Positions 52,701 through 63,902 of a stretch of 64,000 nucleotides of DNA are shown piece by piece. The notes beneath the pieces are model-generated. The model searched no databases. It saw only the letters and a list, made by a program, of their open reading frames with translations, and was not told the origin of the DNA. Every line of letters begins with the position of its first letter. Positions within the stretch are counted from its first letter, which is position 1. A program made the position numbers and the translations under genes. Source of the stretch: Tubulanus polymorphus (lineage: Eukaryota > Animalia > Nemertea); contig NC_134026.1 of assembly GCF_964204645.1 (NCBI RefSeq), positions 2,875,950 through 2,939,949 on the forward strand. Direction: 5' to 3'.

Positions 52701-55478
52701 ACTTTAATTTTTTTGTCATTTTCACCGTTTAAATTTGTCTAATTTTTTAAAGTTTATTGTAGTTTTTCTCGAGTATGTCTGAAATCGAAGTACATAATTG
52801 GGAAATTCGATTCCGGTTCATTCAAACTATCTTCCAATCAGTCTGAAACGGCAAGCTGAAGAAAAGAGCAGAACCTTTTGAGCAGAAAATCCTTTGGAAT
52901 ATCACTGATCATAATTATCATGTCAATTCATATATAAGATCAGCAACGTGGATCGATACGTAGATTTTAATAATAGTCTTAAATGATGTTTATGAAATTC
53001 AACTCATATAGTAATTCATCTATATTCTAAATATCTAAGCAATGGTTGATTATTATAGTTTAACAGCAATTCAACTAAAGCATCTATAGACATCTCTAGG
53101 AATACCAGAGTTACAACAAATTTAGTAATGCATAATCAATCTTATCAAATCGTTTTTGAACTGTTTTCTCTTCTATCTTCTTGAAATTCTTGATGTGTCT
53201 TTTATTGAAACCCAGGCCCATCATACAGTGCAAACCTGCTAGTAATATTCTGCAAAGCCTTAAAGATTCAATAAATCCCACGCACAAGAGACAGAGTTAA
53301 AACATACCCAGTATTCTTTATCTATCAATCAATATTAAATTATACAGTTGTCTTATCAACCCCTATGGTTTAGATTTGAGCACTTTTACCTTATATGAAG
53401 ATGCTGAATTAGATACCTAATCAATAAGTTAATTGATAATGTCCTAGCTATAATTGAAATTGTCTCGGACAATATCTTATATGGGGCTTGAAATTTCTAC
53501 ACGAGAAGAATTTCAGATCCGGTACAAATTTGAATTAATCACTATTTGAACTGCTAATTTTGCATCAGAGCTTTTGATACCTAGCTTAATTAACCCAGAA
53601 TCCCCCAAAACCTAACTGATTCAACAGATCCCACACACACACGTGGCCCAGTTAGACGCAGATGACATTGCGCGATACAGTCGTCTCATCCACTGTGCAA
53701 TTTTGAATAAGTTTCACTTATATTCATTACATTGAATTAATTCTAATCAAATTCTAGGTATCTAAGCGAACCATTAATTAGTAATCATACTAGCTATATT
53801 TTAATTGTCAGTCGAACAATATTTATATGGAGCCTGAAAATCTACATGAGTAGAATTTCAGATGTGGTGAATTCGTCACTATTTGAATTCATCAGAAATT
53901 AAAGATAAAAAGGCATATTTTTAGTGGTAAATTAGAAATTCCCTTAGCCGAATGGCTATATAATCTTTATTTCCCTTTTACAGTACACTGTGTATAAGGA
54001 TCGAAAGACCTTGTTATGACTGGACCTCCCTGGTGCAGTGCGAGTCATGATGCTGGAATATAGATTGAAGGAGAGGGGTTAGTAAAAGATAGCTATTAGC
54101 AAGAGGAATAAGACCTAAGTTTAGGATATCCTGTCAGAATAAGGCTCTCAATCTGACATACACAGTGAAATTGAAATATTCCCCCTTCCAAATTGAGGAA
54201 TGTATTTGTGCACAGATTTGTTTTATCTCCCTTCGATCGGAAGTAAATCTGCGTTAAATGATTTTGGCAATATGTGTCAAAACTAATACAGCTATATGAA
54301 GACACAATAGGTTCACTAGATACAGATAAATAAATGTGCTCAGATACACATGTATCAGCTTTAAATGTCCATGGACCTGAATTAAAAATATTTTCACATA
54401 ACAAATGAATTTACCTTAATTGTAGATATCTAAGTAATACGTTAATGAGTAATTCAAGCTATATTCTAATTGTCAGTTAAACGATATCTACTATGCGTCA
54501 CTTGACACACAGTAATGCTTTTAGATATTATTTGAATCAGTTAGGTTTCGGTAAATTTTGGCAATATTGAAGAGCATGACCAGTCGCCGTAAGTACGGCA
54601 GTTTAAGATGCAAGTACTGATCAGTCGATGAGACTAATTCAGATGTGCTCATACATATATCAGCTATATTTAAATTGTCAGTTTAACGACATATATTATG
54701 GACCTGTAATACATATAGTTTTTGATCTTACATGAAATATTGATTGTGGAATCTTAATTATGAACATCTAAGCCATTTGTTAATGAGCAATTTGTCCTAG
54801 CTATATATATGATAATTGTCAGTTAATCAATAATCATAGCGCAAAACAAGGCACAGAGTATGGCTCTGGGGAATGATTTGAATCAATTTAAGCTTTGTTT
54901 CATTCTAGATTTGTCAAAGTGCTGAGACGTAATCATAGTTTCTAAAAGATGCACAGTCCGTAGTTTTTTCCCCATATTACACCAGATCTCGATAGAGCCC
55001 TAGACACTATTTTATACATCTTTCATTAATGCAATGGGTAAAGCAGCACATAATATATACTGTAAAGTGCCTGAATGTTTATAAATGTATCAATATACTA
55101 TTCGTAAAAAAATCTATTAACTGATGATAAAGTTTAATTGATATATATCTTTACAAATAAAGCCAGCCTAAATGTATACGGGGCCCTAAAATATCTACAC
55201 CAAAAAAATTTCTCATCAAACATTATAAGATATTGAATGATTGCTAATATCTAAGCGATTGGTTGATTAGTAAATTGTCCTATCTCTATATCTTGATTGT
55301 CAGTTAAACAATAGTCATATGAGGCCTGAAATATCTACGGTACATTCGAAAAATTTCAAATGTCACATAAGATAATGAATTTATCTTAATTGTACATACT
55401 TAAAAAAATCTGAATTAATAACTGACCAATCTTCATTTTAATTATCAGCCAAAGTAGGCCTATATTTATTTTTATTTT

Positions 55479-55484
<6 letters not shown>

Positions 55485-55565
<81 letters not shown>
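55485..55565. repeat. (TA)n microsatellite, ~40 units
   Basis: Uninterrupted TA run. Confidence 0.98.
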
Positions 55566-55568
<3 letters not shown>

Positions 55569-56159
55569 GCCTTTATTTTAAGGGACCTCACTCATTGATT
55601 TCGTCTAATAGTGTAAATATTTAAACAATCATAGCCTTAGTTATATTTCATTTTACTATATACAATATACCAGCCACAGAGCCTCAATAAAGTAGTGCGG
55701 AGATGCCGAGCTTGACCAGCGTCTCTATCCTTTCCAGTGCCTATGCATTTTGCTTCAGGTATGAAAAATCAACTTAGCTTTATGTCCCGGATTGTATGCA
55801 TTCCTGTTGCTTATGCAGAATGAGGTCAAGACTGCCAGGTTCGGTTGCGGCAGGTCTTTCGGTGGTTGATTTATTCAAGGTGGAGTCTTTTGTGGTCACT
55901 TCTGGTGGGTAGATTTTAGGTTGATATCAAGCTGGGCATTTCCAGATTACGTTTAGCTGAAATGAGCAAAAGAATGATATTCTGTAGTTACACAATCCTT
56001 TCTGTATCATCCATCGTAATTTACATGTGTATCAACTTAACTTTCAATATTGCTGAGTTAAGTGTTCTTTTTTCGCCATCTTCTGTAGTCGCCTTCTACC
56101 ATCTTCTTCTTCTTCTTGGGAGTCCTGAAATGAAAAAAAAGAGAAGAGCGATGAAAACC

Positions 56160-56325
56160 TGGTACGGAACAAAACTAATGTTCGAAAGCTTTACAGCTCT
56201 CCGTCGCCGGTCACATGCCCAGAACACCAGACAAAGAGCCAGCCAGGAATATACTGCCCTCTACACGCCCTCACACAGAACGCGAAAACCAGGATGACGA
56301 CGCCTCACATTCCCCATCTAACTGC
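56160..56325 (+). mobile_element. Degenerate LINE (RTE-like) ORF2 3' fragment
   Basis: Diverged copy of 56780-56945 in the opposite orientation. It translates to ...ALYTPSHRTRKPG* and shares TGCCCTCTACACGCCCTCA with the other copy. Confidence 0.6.
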
Positions 56326-56427
56326 AGGATGTACTGGGCGACGTCAGTAACTGACACACCTGTAAAATTGCACGAAACACAAATAGTGCAGTACAACCAG
56401 CTTGACCGGGTTGAGATTCAGGATCTC

Positions 56428-56710
56428 AACTAGCACCCAAAAGCGTGACAAGAGACTTCATCCACTGACCGAGGTTGTCACAAGGACACAATGAAACTAG
56501 CACTCACAAGCCGACGAGAGACTTCATCCACTGACCGAGGTTATCACAAGGACACAATGAAAACTAGCACTCAAACTAGAAATCAAAGAGCGTGACAGTA
56601 GAATCATCCCTCAGTCAACTCAGAATACCAGAAACAAAGAGCGTGACAGTAGAATCATCCCTCATCCGGGTGGTCACAAGGACACAATGGATGCTAGTAG
56701 CGTGACAATC
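56428..56710. repeat. Short complex tandem repeats between the inverted LINE fragments
   Basis: GAGACTTCATCCACTGACCGAGGTT(G/A)TCACAAGGACACAATGAAA occurs twice and AAAGAGCGTGACAGTAGAATCATCCCTCA occurs twice. Confidence 0.8.
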
Positions 56711-56779
56711 CAGTATAACCACTCCATTTGTATCCCGCGCAATCCCACAGATATGCCCGTCATTGACATCACTCAGCAC

Positions 56780-56945
56780 ACTTTGTAGATAGGTGGGGGC
56801 AGTGAGGCCTCGTCATCCTAGTTTGCGTGTTCCGTATGAGGGCGTGTAGAGGGCAGAATTTCCTGACCGACTCTTTGTCTGACATCCTCGACACATGACC
56901 GGCGAAGAAGAGCTGACGCTTTCGGACATTAGTTTCGTTCCAGCA
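56780..56945 (-). mobile_element. Degenerate LINE (RTE-like) ORF2 3' fragment
   Basis: Reads VRKRQLFFAGHVSRMSDKESVRK, then after a frameshift ALYTPSYGTRKLG*. This matches the R-x-R-Q-L-x-[WF]-x-G-H-V-x-R-M...G-x-R-x-x-G-R-P pattern at the C-terminus of RTE-clade LINE ORF2. Confidence 0.65.
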
Positions 56946-58437
56946 AACGTTGAAATTCGACAGAGAAATCGGCCCTGAAAAATAAAACGGGTTAGAACCT
57001 GCAAAAAAGAACGGATTAAACACAGAACAGTACAGGACAGCACAGAGACACACAGTAATACACAAAACATAAAGACGTCGTTCCTCAGGAAGCAGGAACA
57101 GGAGCAGGAGCGGGAGCGCAGCGAAAATCGCCAGGAGGAGAATCCACGGTAGCATGTTCACAGTGTGAGTAAGCTGAGGTGAATGGTCTATGCTTGTGTA
57201 CACCGTGGTCAGCCGGTGACGTATTCAATAGCGCGTGTCAGAATGATATCAACAACTCTGAAAACCCGCAATTGTGTCTCTATTGTTGAATGGATTTACA
57301 TTTTGAGGTTCCACCGCCGGGTTGAATACGCGCCAGTAGTCAGCTGAACAATATAGTGGAGGAACTTTAATAAGGCCATGAAATAAATTACTTGATTCCC
57401 AACAGCTACTTCCGAATTTATAAGCATCCGCCTGTTTTTTTTTCTTAAATTCTAGAATAATTTATAAATTATACCGACCGATAGCACTTCCAGTACAGAT
57501 TCACACCAACACAGGTCTTCCTATCATAGAAACCGCGTAAACATTTACTAATGAAATTAGTTTATTAGTCACGGACAGTTCATGCACCCCGAGATAACTA
57601 CCTCACATGCACGAGGAAAGCGGTCTATTTGAGTCATTGGGGGAAAACCCACTAATACCATGTATTCACGATTATTCATCATTCATACTGTTTTTACAGA
57701 ATCCCGTCAATAGACAGATTTTCAGTAAAAAAAACTCCTCGATGCAATTGAGGGGAGATATATGAGGCATTTTTAATTACTTGGAGCCAGAAAATGAACG
57801 ATCATGAAATGCGGCTTGAAGGTGAACTTTTTTGGGCGCGAAAAAATTGGACAAAACGAACGTAAAGTCAAAGACACATGCTAACATTTAATATGATAGA
57901 AAACCATGCAATAAACATGTGAAGGGGCAACGGGTTGTTAATTTTCGGGTTTCAGGATCGCTAGCCCTGTTACGTTAGAGATTGTACTGAATGTCTCAAT
58001 GCGTCAATATTCCCTGATACGCTACAAAAGCGGTCGTCACCGTAATAGTTATGAACGACCTACATATGTATCTACGGAGGTCAATCGCTGAATGCTGGTA
58101 CTTAAGTAATTAAAAACTAATTAAAGATTAAGTAATTTTAATTACTTTGAACTTATAAGTCGTGGAGTCTCTTTTCTCTCATGGACCCCTTTCGGTGAGG
58201 CCAGTGAACCCGTTTATCCCGAGATTTTGTGGTCATTCCAAAAACCTCATTCTGTCGACACAGAAAACCGATGCCCTAATCTCGCTATTCATCCATATAA
58301 ACACATAATGAAGATGATTGCTAGGCAATAAAATACTAACCTACGAGTGTTTATTGCGCACAAATAGCAACGTTTGAACTGTTTTATCACTGAAGACTGA
58401 TAGTTCTTGTAGCTCGTGTACATAAGTTGTAGTGAAA

Positions 58438-60033
58438 ATGAATCCTCTGCGAAAATCAATTTTGTTTTTTCTGATTGGAATCTTTTGTTTTGTATTGCCG
58501 AGTAACGGTAGTCTTGACAGTGTGAGTATCATGATCACTAATTTTGCATCAGATTAAACATTGTAAATATTCATATGGTTTGAATTCATATTTCTATGAC
58601 ATGCGAAGGGAAACTGTAAAGAATACCTCGGGAAGATACACGAATTGAAAGTGATATCACCGTTCAGCGAAACAGAAATCAAGATTTCGCTAGATATTGT
58701 AACTAGTTTGGAAGTTGACGTCCGAGCTGAAATAAGTCAAATGGATTATTTGTTTTTAGAGAAAGGTAATAATTAATTTCCGTTATATATAGTTACGTTT
58801 TGCTGATTAAGGAACCGGGTACCAACAATTCTCGGTCGATTATCTTTACAATTACGACAAGCTGATTCGAATTGTGTTACGGGTACGTGATTATCTTAGC
58901 ACTTTTTTGAAAAGGTAAAGAGACGCTAGACAAAGGGAACGACCGCAAAGTGATAAAATTCAGCATCGACATCGGACCACGTAGAGATACGAAATATCCC
59001 CTGAAAATCGGAATCTATCTCAGAGGATGTTCGTCTTATGCCATCAAGATACCAGTCAACATAATGGCAGACAGTTCAGAACTGTTCGACCTAGAATTAC
59101 CAAAAATAAATGCACTGTCACCACGAGTGGTTCGCATAAAACCAGGAGTTGATTTGTACCTCAATCTTGAGATGGAGGCGTACGGTAGACCACGAGAGAA
59201 TGCATTTTGGTTCAAAGCCGTTTCGGCTGATGGGAAATACATTGCAGAATTACCAGATACTGGTGCCTACGTCACCGAAGGTATGCGATGTCTTTAAATC
59301 CTGGCTTATCATCTAAGATGAAAAAGATGTTGTTTTTAACGCTGATTCTTCGGCCTCGTATAAAATGCTTAATCCATGTTTTCAAATTCCTTTTTTCAAA
59401 GCGTCATCGGAACCGATTCCAACTGAAACTAATGCTGCTAATTCTAACATAAGCTATTCGTCGATACGGTCAAAAATTACGATCGACAAAAGCTCAGAAT
59501 CTAGGCGTGGAGACTACTGCGCTTCTTATGCGCAGGAAATCACTAACGGTCACGGGATTGGTGACCTCCAGTATATCATTTGCTGTAAAGTGGTCGATGA
59601 CGTCACGGATTTCGGCTCTGTACGTAACGTAATGATTTTTGGAATCAATGCTCGTGAATTATCAAATACCTGGTACAACGACACTTACACATTATTCAAA
59701 GGCCAAATTTCGGTGTCCAGCAATTTCAGAGATATGATCGAGATAGTTGCTGTCGGTTGGCCCACACCGTATATGAGACTTTACAAGTTATCAGCCGACG
59801 GTGATGAAATACACGTTAAACCGGATTTTCTTTACGAATATCTTTCTGATCGCGTGTTGAAATTGGCGGTAAACGAAAATACGGCAGGACAATATAGAGT
59901 TGATGTTGGATATCTTGCACCGTTGGAATCTAAAAGGTTTCAAGTAAAGCTGATCGAAATGCCTCAGTTTAACTATTATAAAGTAGTGAACGGGTCCGCG
60001 ACTGTGGAGCAAATAAGGCGATCCAACTTGTAA
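58438..60033 (+). CDS. Secreted Ig-like (I-set-like) domain protein, paralog 1 (~412 aa); exons 58438-58521, 58609-58765, 58915-59280, 59402-60033
   Basis: Signal peptide MNPLRKSILFFLIGIFCFVLPSNG followed by GTGAGT. The frame is conserved over 3 introns (1239 nt). Ig-like patterns: PKI..SPRVVRIKPG..L.LEMEAYGRP...WFK...ITI......GDY and IEIVAVGWPTP...LKL...TAGQYRV. No TM segment is seen. Exon structure is the same as in paralog 2. Confidence 0.8.
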
Positions 60034-60070
60034 GAGTCGAAATTGTAAACTAAGAATAGATTCGTATATT

Positions 60071-60377
60071 CATGGGCGTCACTAGAGGGGTCGGGGTGCG
60101 AATAACCCCCCTCTTTGAATCCATGTTCCGCATTTTTTGGTTCCAACTTTTGTTTTTTTTTTCATATTTTGGAAAAGTTTATAAATATTTTGCCTCGAAA
60201 GTTCGGAAAACGCCCTCCAAGCTCCGAATTTTAAAAATTAAGACTTAAAACATTCAAGCGCTTTTGAGGATTCAGAAATGTTCGTCTACGCTTCGACGGA
60301 TGATGTGCTATAAGAATGGCATAGTTCCGCTTCTTTTAATTCTAGCCCTCCTTAAAAAAATCCTGGTGACGCCCCTG
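60071..60377. mobile_element. MITE with short TIRs downstream of paralog 1
   Basis: Imperfect 14-bp TIRs CATGGGCGTCACTAG ... CTGGTGACGCCCCTG. The element is absent from the homologous position downstream of paralog 2. No clear TSD. Confidence 0.6.
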
Positions 60378-60948
60378 ATGACGTCTAGACTGTATGTTCA
60401 TGTAAGAATATCATAGAAATATTCGTGATATGCACGCACCGACGTATTATTATAATCTGATCAAACAAAACAAAAGATGAAATTATTGGTTTTCTTTTTG
60501 ATATCCCAGAACATTTCATTGCATGTAACGCATTATTGAACTGCAAAGAGAAGAATCAGATCGTAATTTAAAATCCTCCTAAAGATTTATGCAAACGTAA
60601 CTATTTAGTCAATCGCCTTTACAAAATAGCGAAGAATCAACCCAGTATTTCTACGGGCATTTTCAAGGATGGTGTGAGTCTCCGAGGCGTAAGCTTGAAA
60701 TTTTGCCATCATTCTAGAAAAAAATATCATTATTTCGGCTCAGGAAACATGCATTGTGATATCGCATTCATTTTACACCCGTAAATGCAAACGCCATACG
60801 AGGTTGATTGCTATAATAACTGCGTACTAATAACACAATTACTAAACTACTCAACTACGATAGATTACTGTTTTTTGTTTTTCTATCGGATATAAGGGCT
60901 GATATATTAGTCTAGCTTGAGTGCGAATCACACGCATATATAATAAGA

Positions 60949-62525
60949 ATGAAGCCTCAGTGCAAAATGATTTTGCTGTTTTTGATTGTAATTTTTTGTC
61001 CTGTATTCGCGAGTTACGGTAGTCCTGACAGTGTAAGTACATGTTCATACTAGTGAATTACGTTTACATAGTAATATATTCAATTGGAAGGTTTACATAT
61101 GTTTTCCTATTTCGCAAAGGGAAACTGCAAAGAAAATCTGGGCAAGATACACGAATTGAAAGTGATATCACCGTTAAACCAAACAGAAATCAAAATTTCG
61201 CTAGATATTGTAACTAGTTTGGAAGTCGATGTCAGAGCTGAAATTAGTGAAATGGAATTATTATTCTTAGAGAAAGGTAATAATAACAAATTGACTTTAT
61301 AGTCATGGTTTTCTGACTAAGGTATGAATAAGTCTTGGTCGATTATCTTCCCAATCACGAGTCGATTCGAACTTTTATAACGTGTACCGTTTTTGTGATT
61401 GTTTACAAAGGTAAAGAGACGCTAAACAAAGGGAACAACCGCATAGTGATAAAATTTAGCATCGACATTGGACCAAATAGACATCCGCTCTATCATCCGC
61501 AAATTGGGATCTATCTCAGAGGATGTTCCTCTTATGCCATCAAGATACCAATCAACATAATGGCAGACAGTTCAGAATTGTTCGACTTAGAATTACCAAA
61601 AATAAAAGCACTGTCACCACGAGTGGTTCGCATAAAACCAGGAGTTGATATGGAACTGAATCTTGAGATGGAGGCGTACGGTAGACAAGGACACAATGCA
61701 CGTTGGTTTAAACCTTTTTCGGCCGATGGAAATTATGTTTATGGGTTACCGGAAAGTATGTTTTACAGTGAAGGTAAAACTTCTTATAGTAAATTAAGTA
61801 AAATATTTTCTTTTAATGCAGATTTCATACTCCGACGCAAAATGCTTAAACCATGTTTTTAACAATTTTTTTTCAAAGCCTCATCGGAACGAATTCGAAC
61901 TGAAACTAACGCTGCTAATTCTACCGTGAGCTATATGTCGATACGGTCAAAACTTAAAATCGAAAGAAATTCAGAATTTAAGCGTGGAGACTACTGCGCT
62001 GGTTATGCGCAGCACATCGCTAACACTTACGGAATTAGTAAACTTGATTTCGTCGTTTGCTCTGAAGTGGTCGATGACGTCACGGATTTCGGCTGTGTAC
62101 GTAACATAATCATACACGGACTCAATGCCCGCGAACAATTAAATACCTGGTACAACGACACTTACACATTATTCAAAGGCCAAATTCCGGTGTCCAGCAA
62201 TTTCAGAGATATGATCGAGATAGTTGCTGTCGGTTGGCCCACACCGTATATGAGACTTTACAAGTTATCAGCCGACGGTGATGAAATACAAGTTAAACCG
62301 GATTTTCTTTACGAATATTTTTCGGATCGCGTGTTGAAATTGGCGGTAAACGAAAATACGGCAGGACATTATAGAGTTGACGTTGGATATCTTGCACCGG
62401 TAGAGTCTAAAAGGTTTCAAGTAAAGCTGATCGAAATGCCCGAGTTTGATAAACCAATGTGCTGTAATATGACAATGTTACGGTCCAAAATGGAACATAT
62501 AATGGAATTGATGCATGTATCATAA
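60949..62525 (+). CDS. Secreted Ig-like (I-set-like) domain protein, paralog 2 (~416 aa); exons 60949-61032, 61120-61276, 61411-61773, 61879-62525
   Basis: Signal peptide MKPQCKMILLFLIVIFCPVFASYG followed by GTAAGT. Intron positions and phases match paralog 1 and the frame is conserved (1251 nt). Confidence 0.8.
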
Positions 62526-62778
62526 TATATACACGTCTCTCTCTCTCTAATCATACCCAATGTCATAAATGTTTTTATGATATGCTCGCGTGCATCACAA
62601 TCTAATCATGATAAAATCAAACACAAGAAATTAATGTTTTCTTTTTGAAGTTCCAGAATCTCCATCGAACTGCTGACAGACAAAAAAACAGATCGTAATC
62701 AAAAATCCTCCAAATCCATATGCATAAGCGCTACTGTCAAAAACAAACACTGAACGATATCTTTAAGGAACACATTTA

Positions 62779-63722
62779 TTACGCTAGACTATTTATAAAC
62801 ACATCACCACAAAATTTGTCGTGTCGCGCAGTATCACCTGAAATCAATAGAATATCAACGTTTTAAGATTTACAACTGCGTATAAAATGTCGAGATTTCA
62901 ATGAAAGTTAGCAGTACTTATTAAGAGAGTTTGCACTCAAATGAACCGGCTGTATTCACACATTTTCCACCAGTTAAACATGGGTGACCGGAACATTCAT
63001 CGATATCTACACAGAAAATTGATAGTATATACGTTAACACGTATTGATAAATGAATGTTTTTCTTTACATATACATTTAGAAAAAAAACTTAATCAACAT
63101 TTTCCCGCAAATAAATTCGTACCTGTGCACTTTTTCGTTGCTTTGTCGTATGTTTTACCAAATGGACACATCAAATCTAGAAAAACGAGAATATAATTCG
63201 CTCAATAAATACAGAGATTACACACACCAAAATGACGACAGAAGATGAATTCGATACTTGATCTGATATCATCTTCATCTAAGCTAGTTTGTTTTCCAAC
63301 TAACCGTTTCCAATTTTGTGAGCGATATAGGGTGGTAAAGACTTCAGCAGTTGGTCAGTTAAAGAAAATGGAATGTCCGTGTAATAATGTTCCGACATCG
63401 TCATGCGCAATATATCATCTTCAATGTTGTAAAGTAGTGCATAGACCCTAGTTTTTTCTAACCATAATTTTTCCAACGACAACATAGTTAAAGCTCGTTC
63501 GGTGCCGACACCGCTGCCGATGTACAGAACACACTTGGGGGTTTTGCTGCGGGCTCCGTTTACTAGGTATTCTTTGCGGGCTTTTTCGAGGACGGTGTGC
63601 GTCTCCGGAGCGTAGCCGTAATGGACCAGAGTCGACATGCTGGCAATAACGCACTGGGCATCGGTACACTTGCTCAATGTCGTCATCTCGTTTGTAGCAT
63701 CGGCATATGACACTAATGCCAC
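62779..63722 (-). CDS. 3' part of a von Willebrand factor A (vWA) domain protein; exons 63305-63722, ~63123-63176 and ~62779-62837; 5' exons lie outside the window
   Basis: TGTAG|VALVSYAD...ETHTVLEKARKEYLVNGARSKTPKCVLYIGSG matches the vWA pattern V(A/G)LVxY...T..AL..A......GAR...PKV...TDG. Donor G|GTTAGT. Small phase-1 exons DLMCPFGKTYDKATKKCT and GDTARHDKFCGDVFINSLA* follow, with AATAAA overlapping the stop. The last two exons are less certain. Confidence 0.7.
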
Positions 63723-63840
63723 CTACAATATTCAAAACTATGTGGCAGTTATCTGCACTGTGATATGAACAAAATAACTATCAATTCTATGATAAAATAT
63801 CGTTCAGAGGTTTTTTATATCTAGGTTTTTCGACCAACGT

Positions 63841-63902
63841 GGGGTGGCCACTTACCTGGAAATCAGGGAAAAGTCATGGAATTTTCAGAGTTAGGGAAAT
63901 TT
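63841..63902. mobile_element. MITE terminal fragment
   Basis: GGGGTGGCCACTTACCTGGAAATCAGGGAAAAGTCATGGAATTTT...AGGGAAATTTG, with internally repeated CAGGGAA units typical of subterminal repeats of small DNA elements. Confidence 0.4.

Noticed and set aside
56769-57203. 144-aa ORF with a signal-peptide-like start
   Set aside because: It is a chimera of a (CTCCTG)n/TGTG low-complexity stretch and a frameshifted LINE fragment, with no support as a real gene.
63850-63860. CAG|GTAAGT donor as the upstream vWA exon end
   Set aside because: It lies inside a MITE-like terminal fragment with no convincing coding exon upstream.
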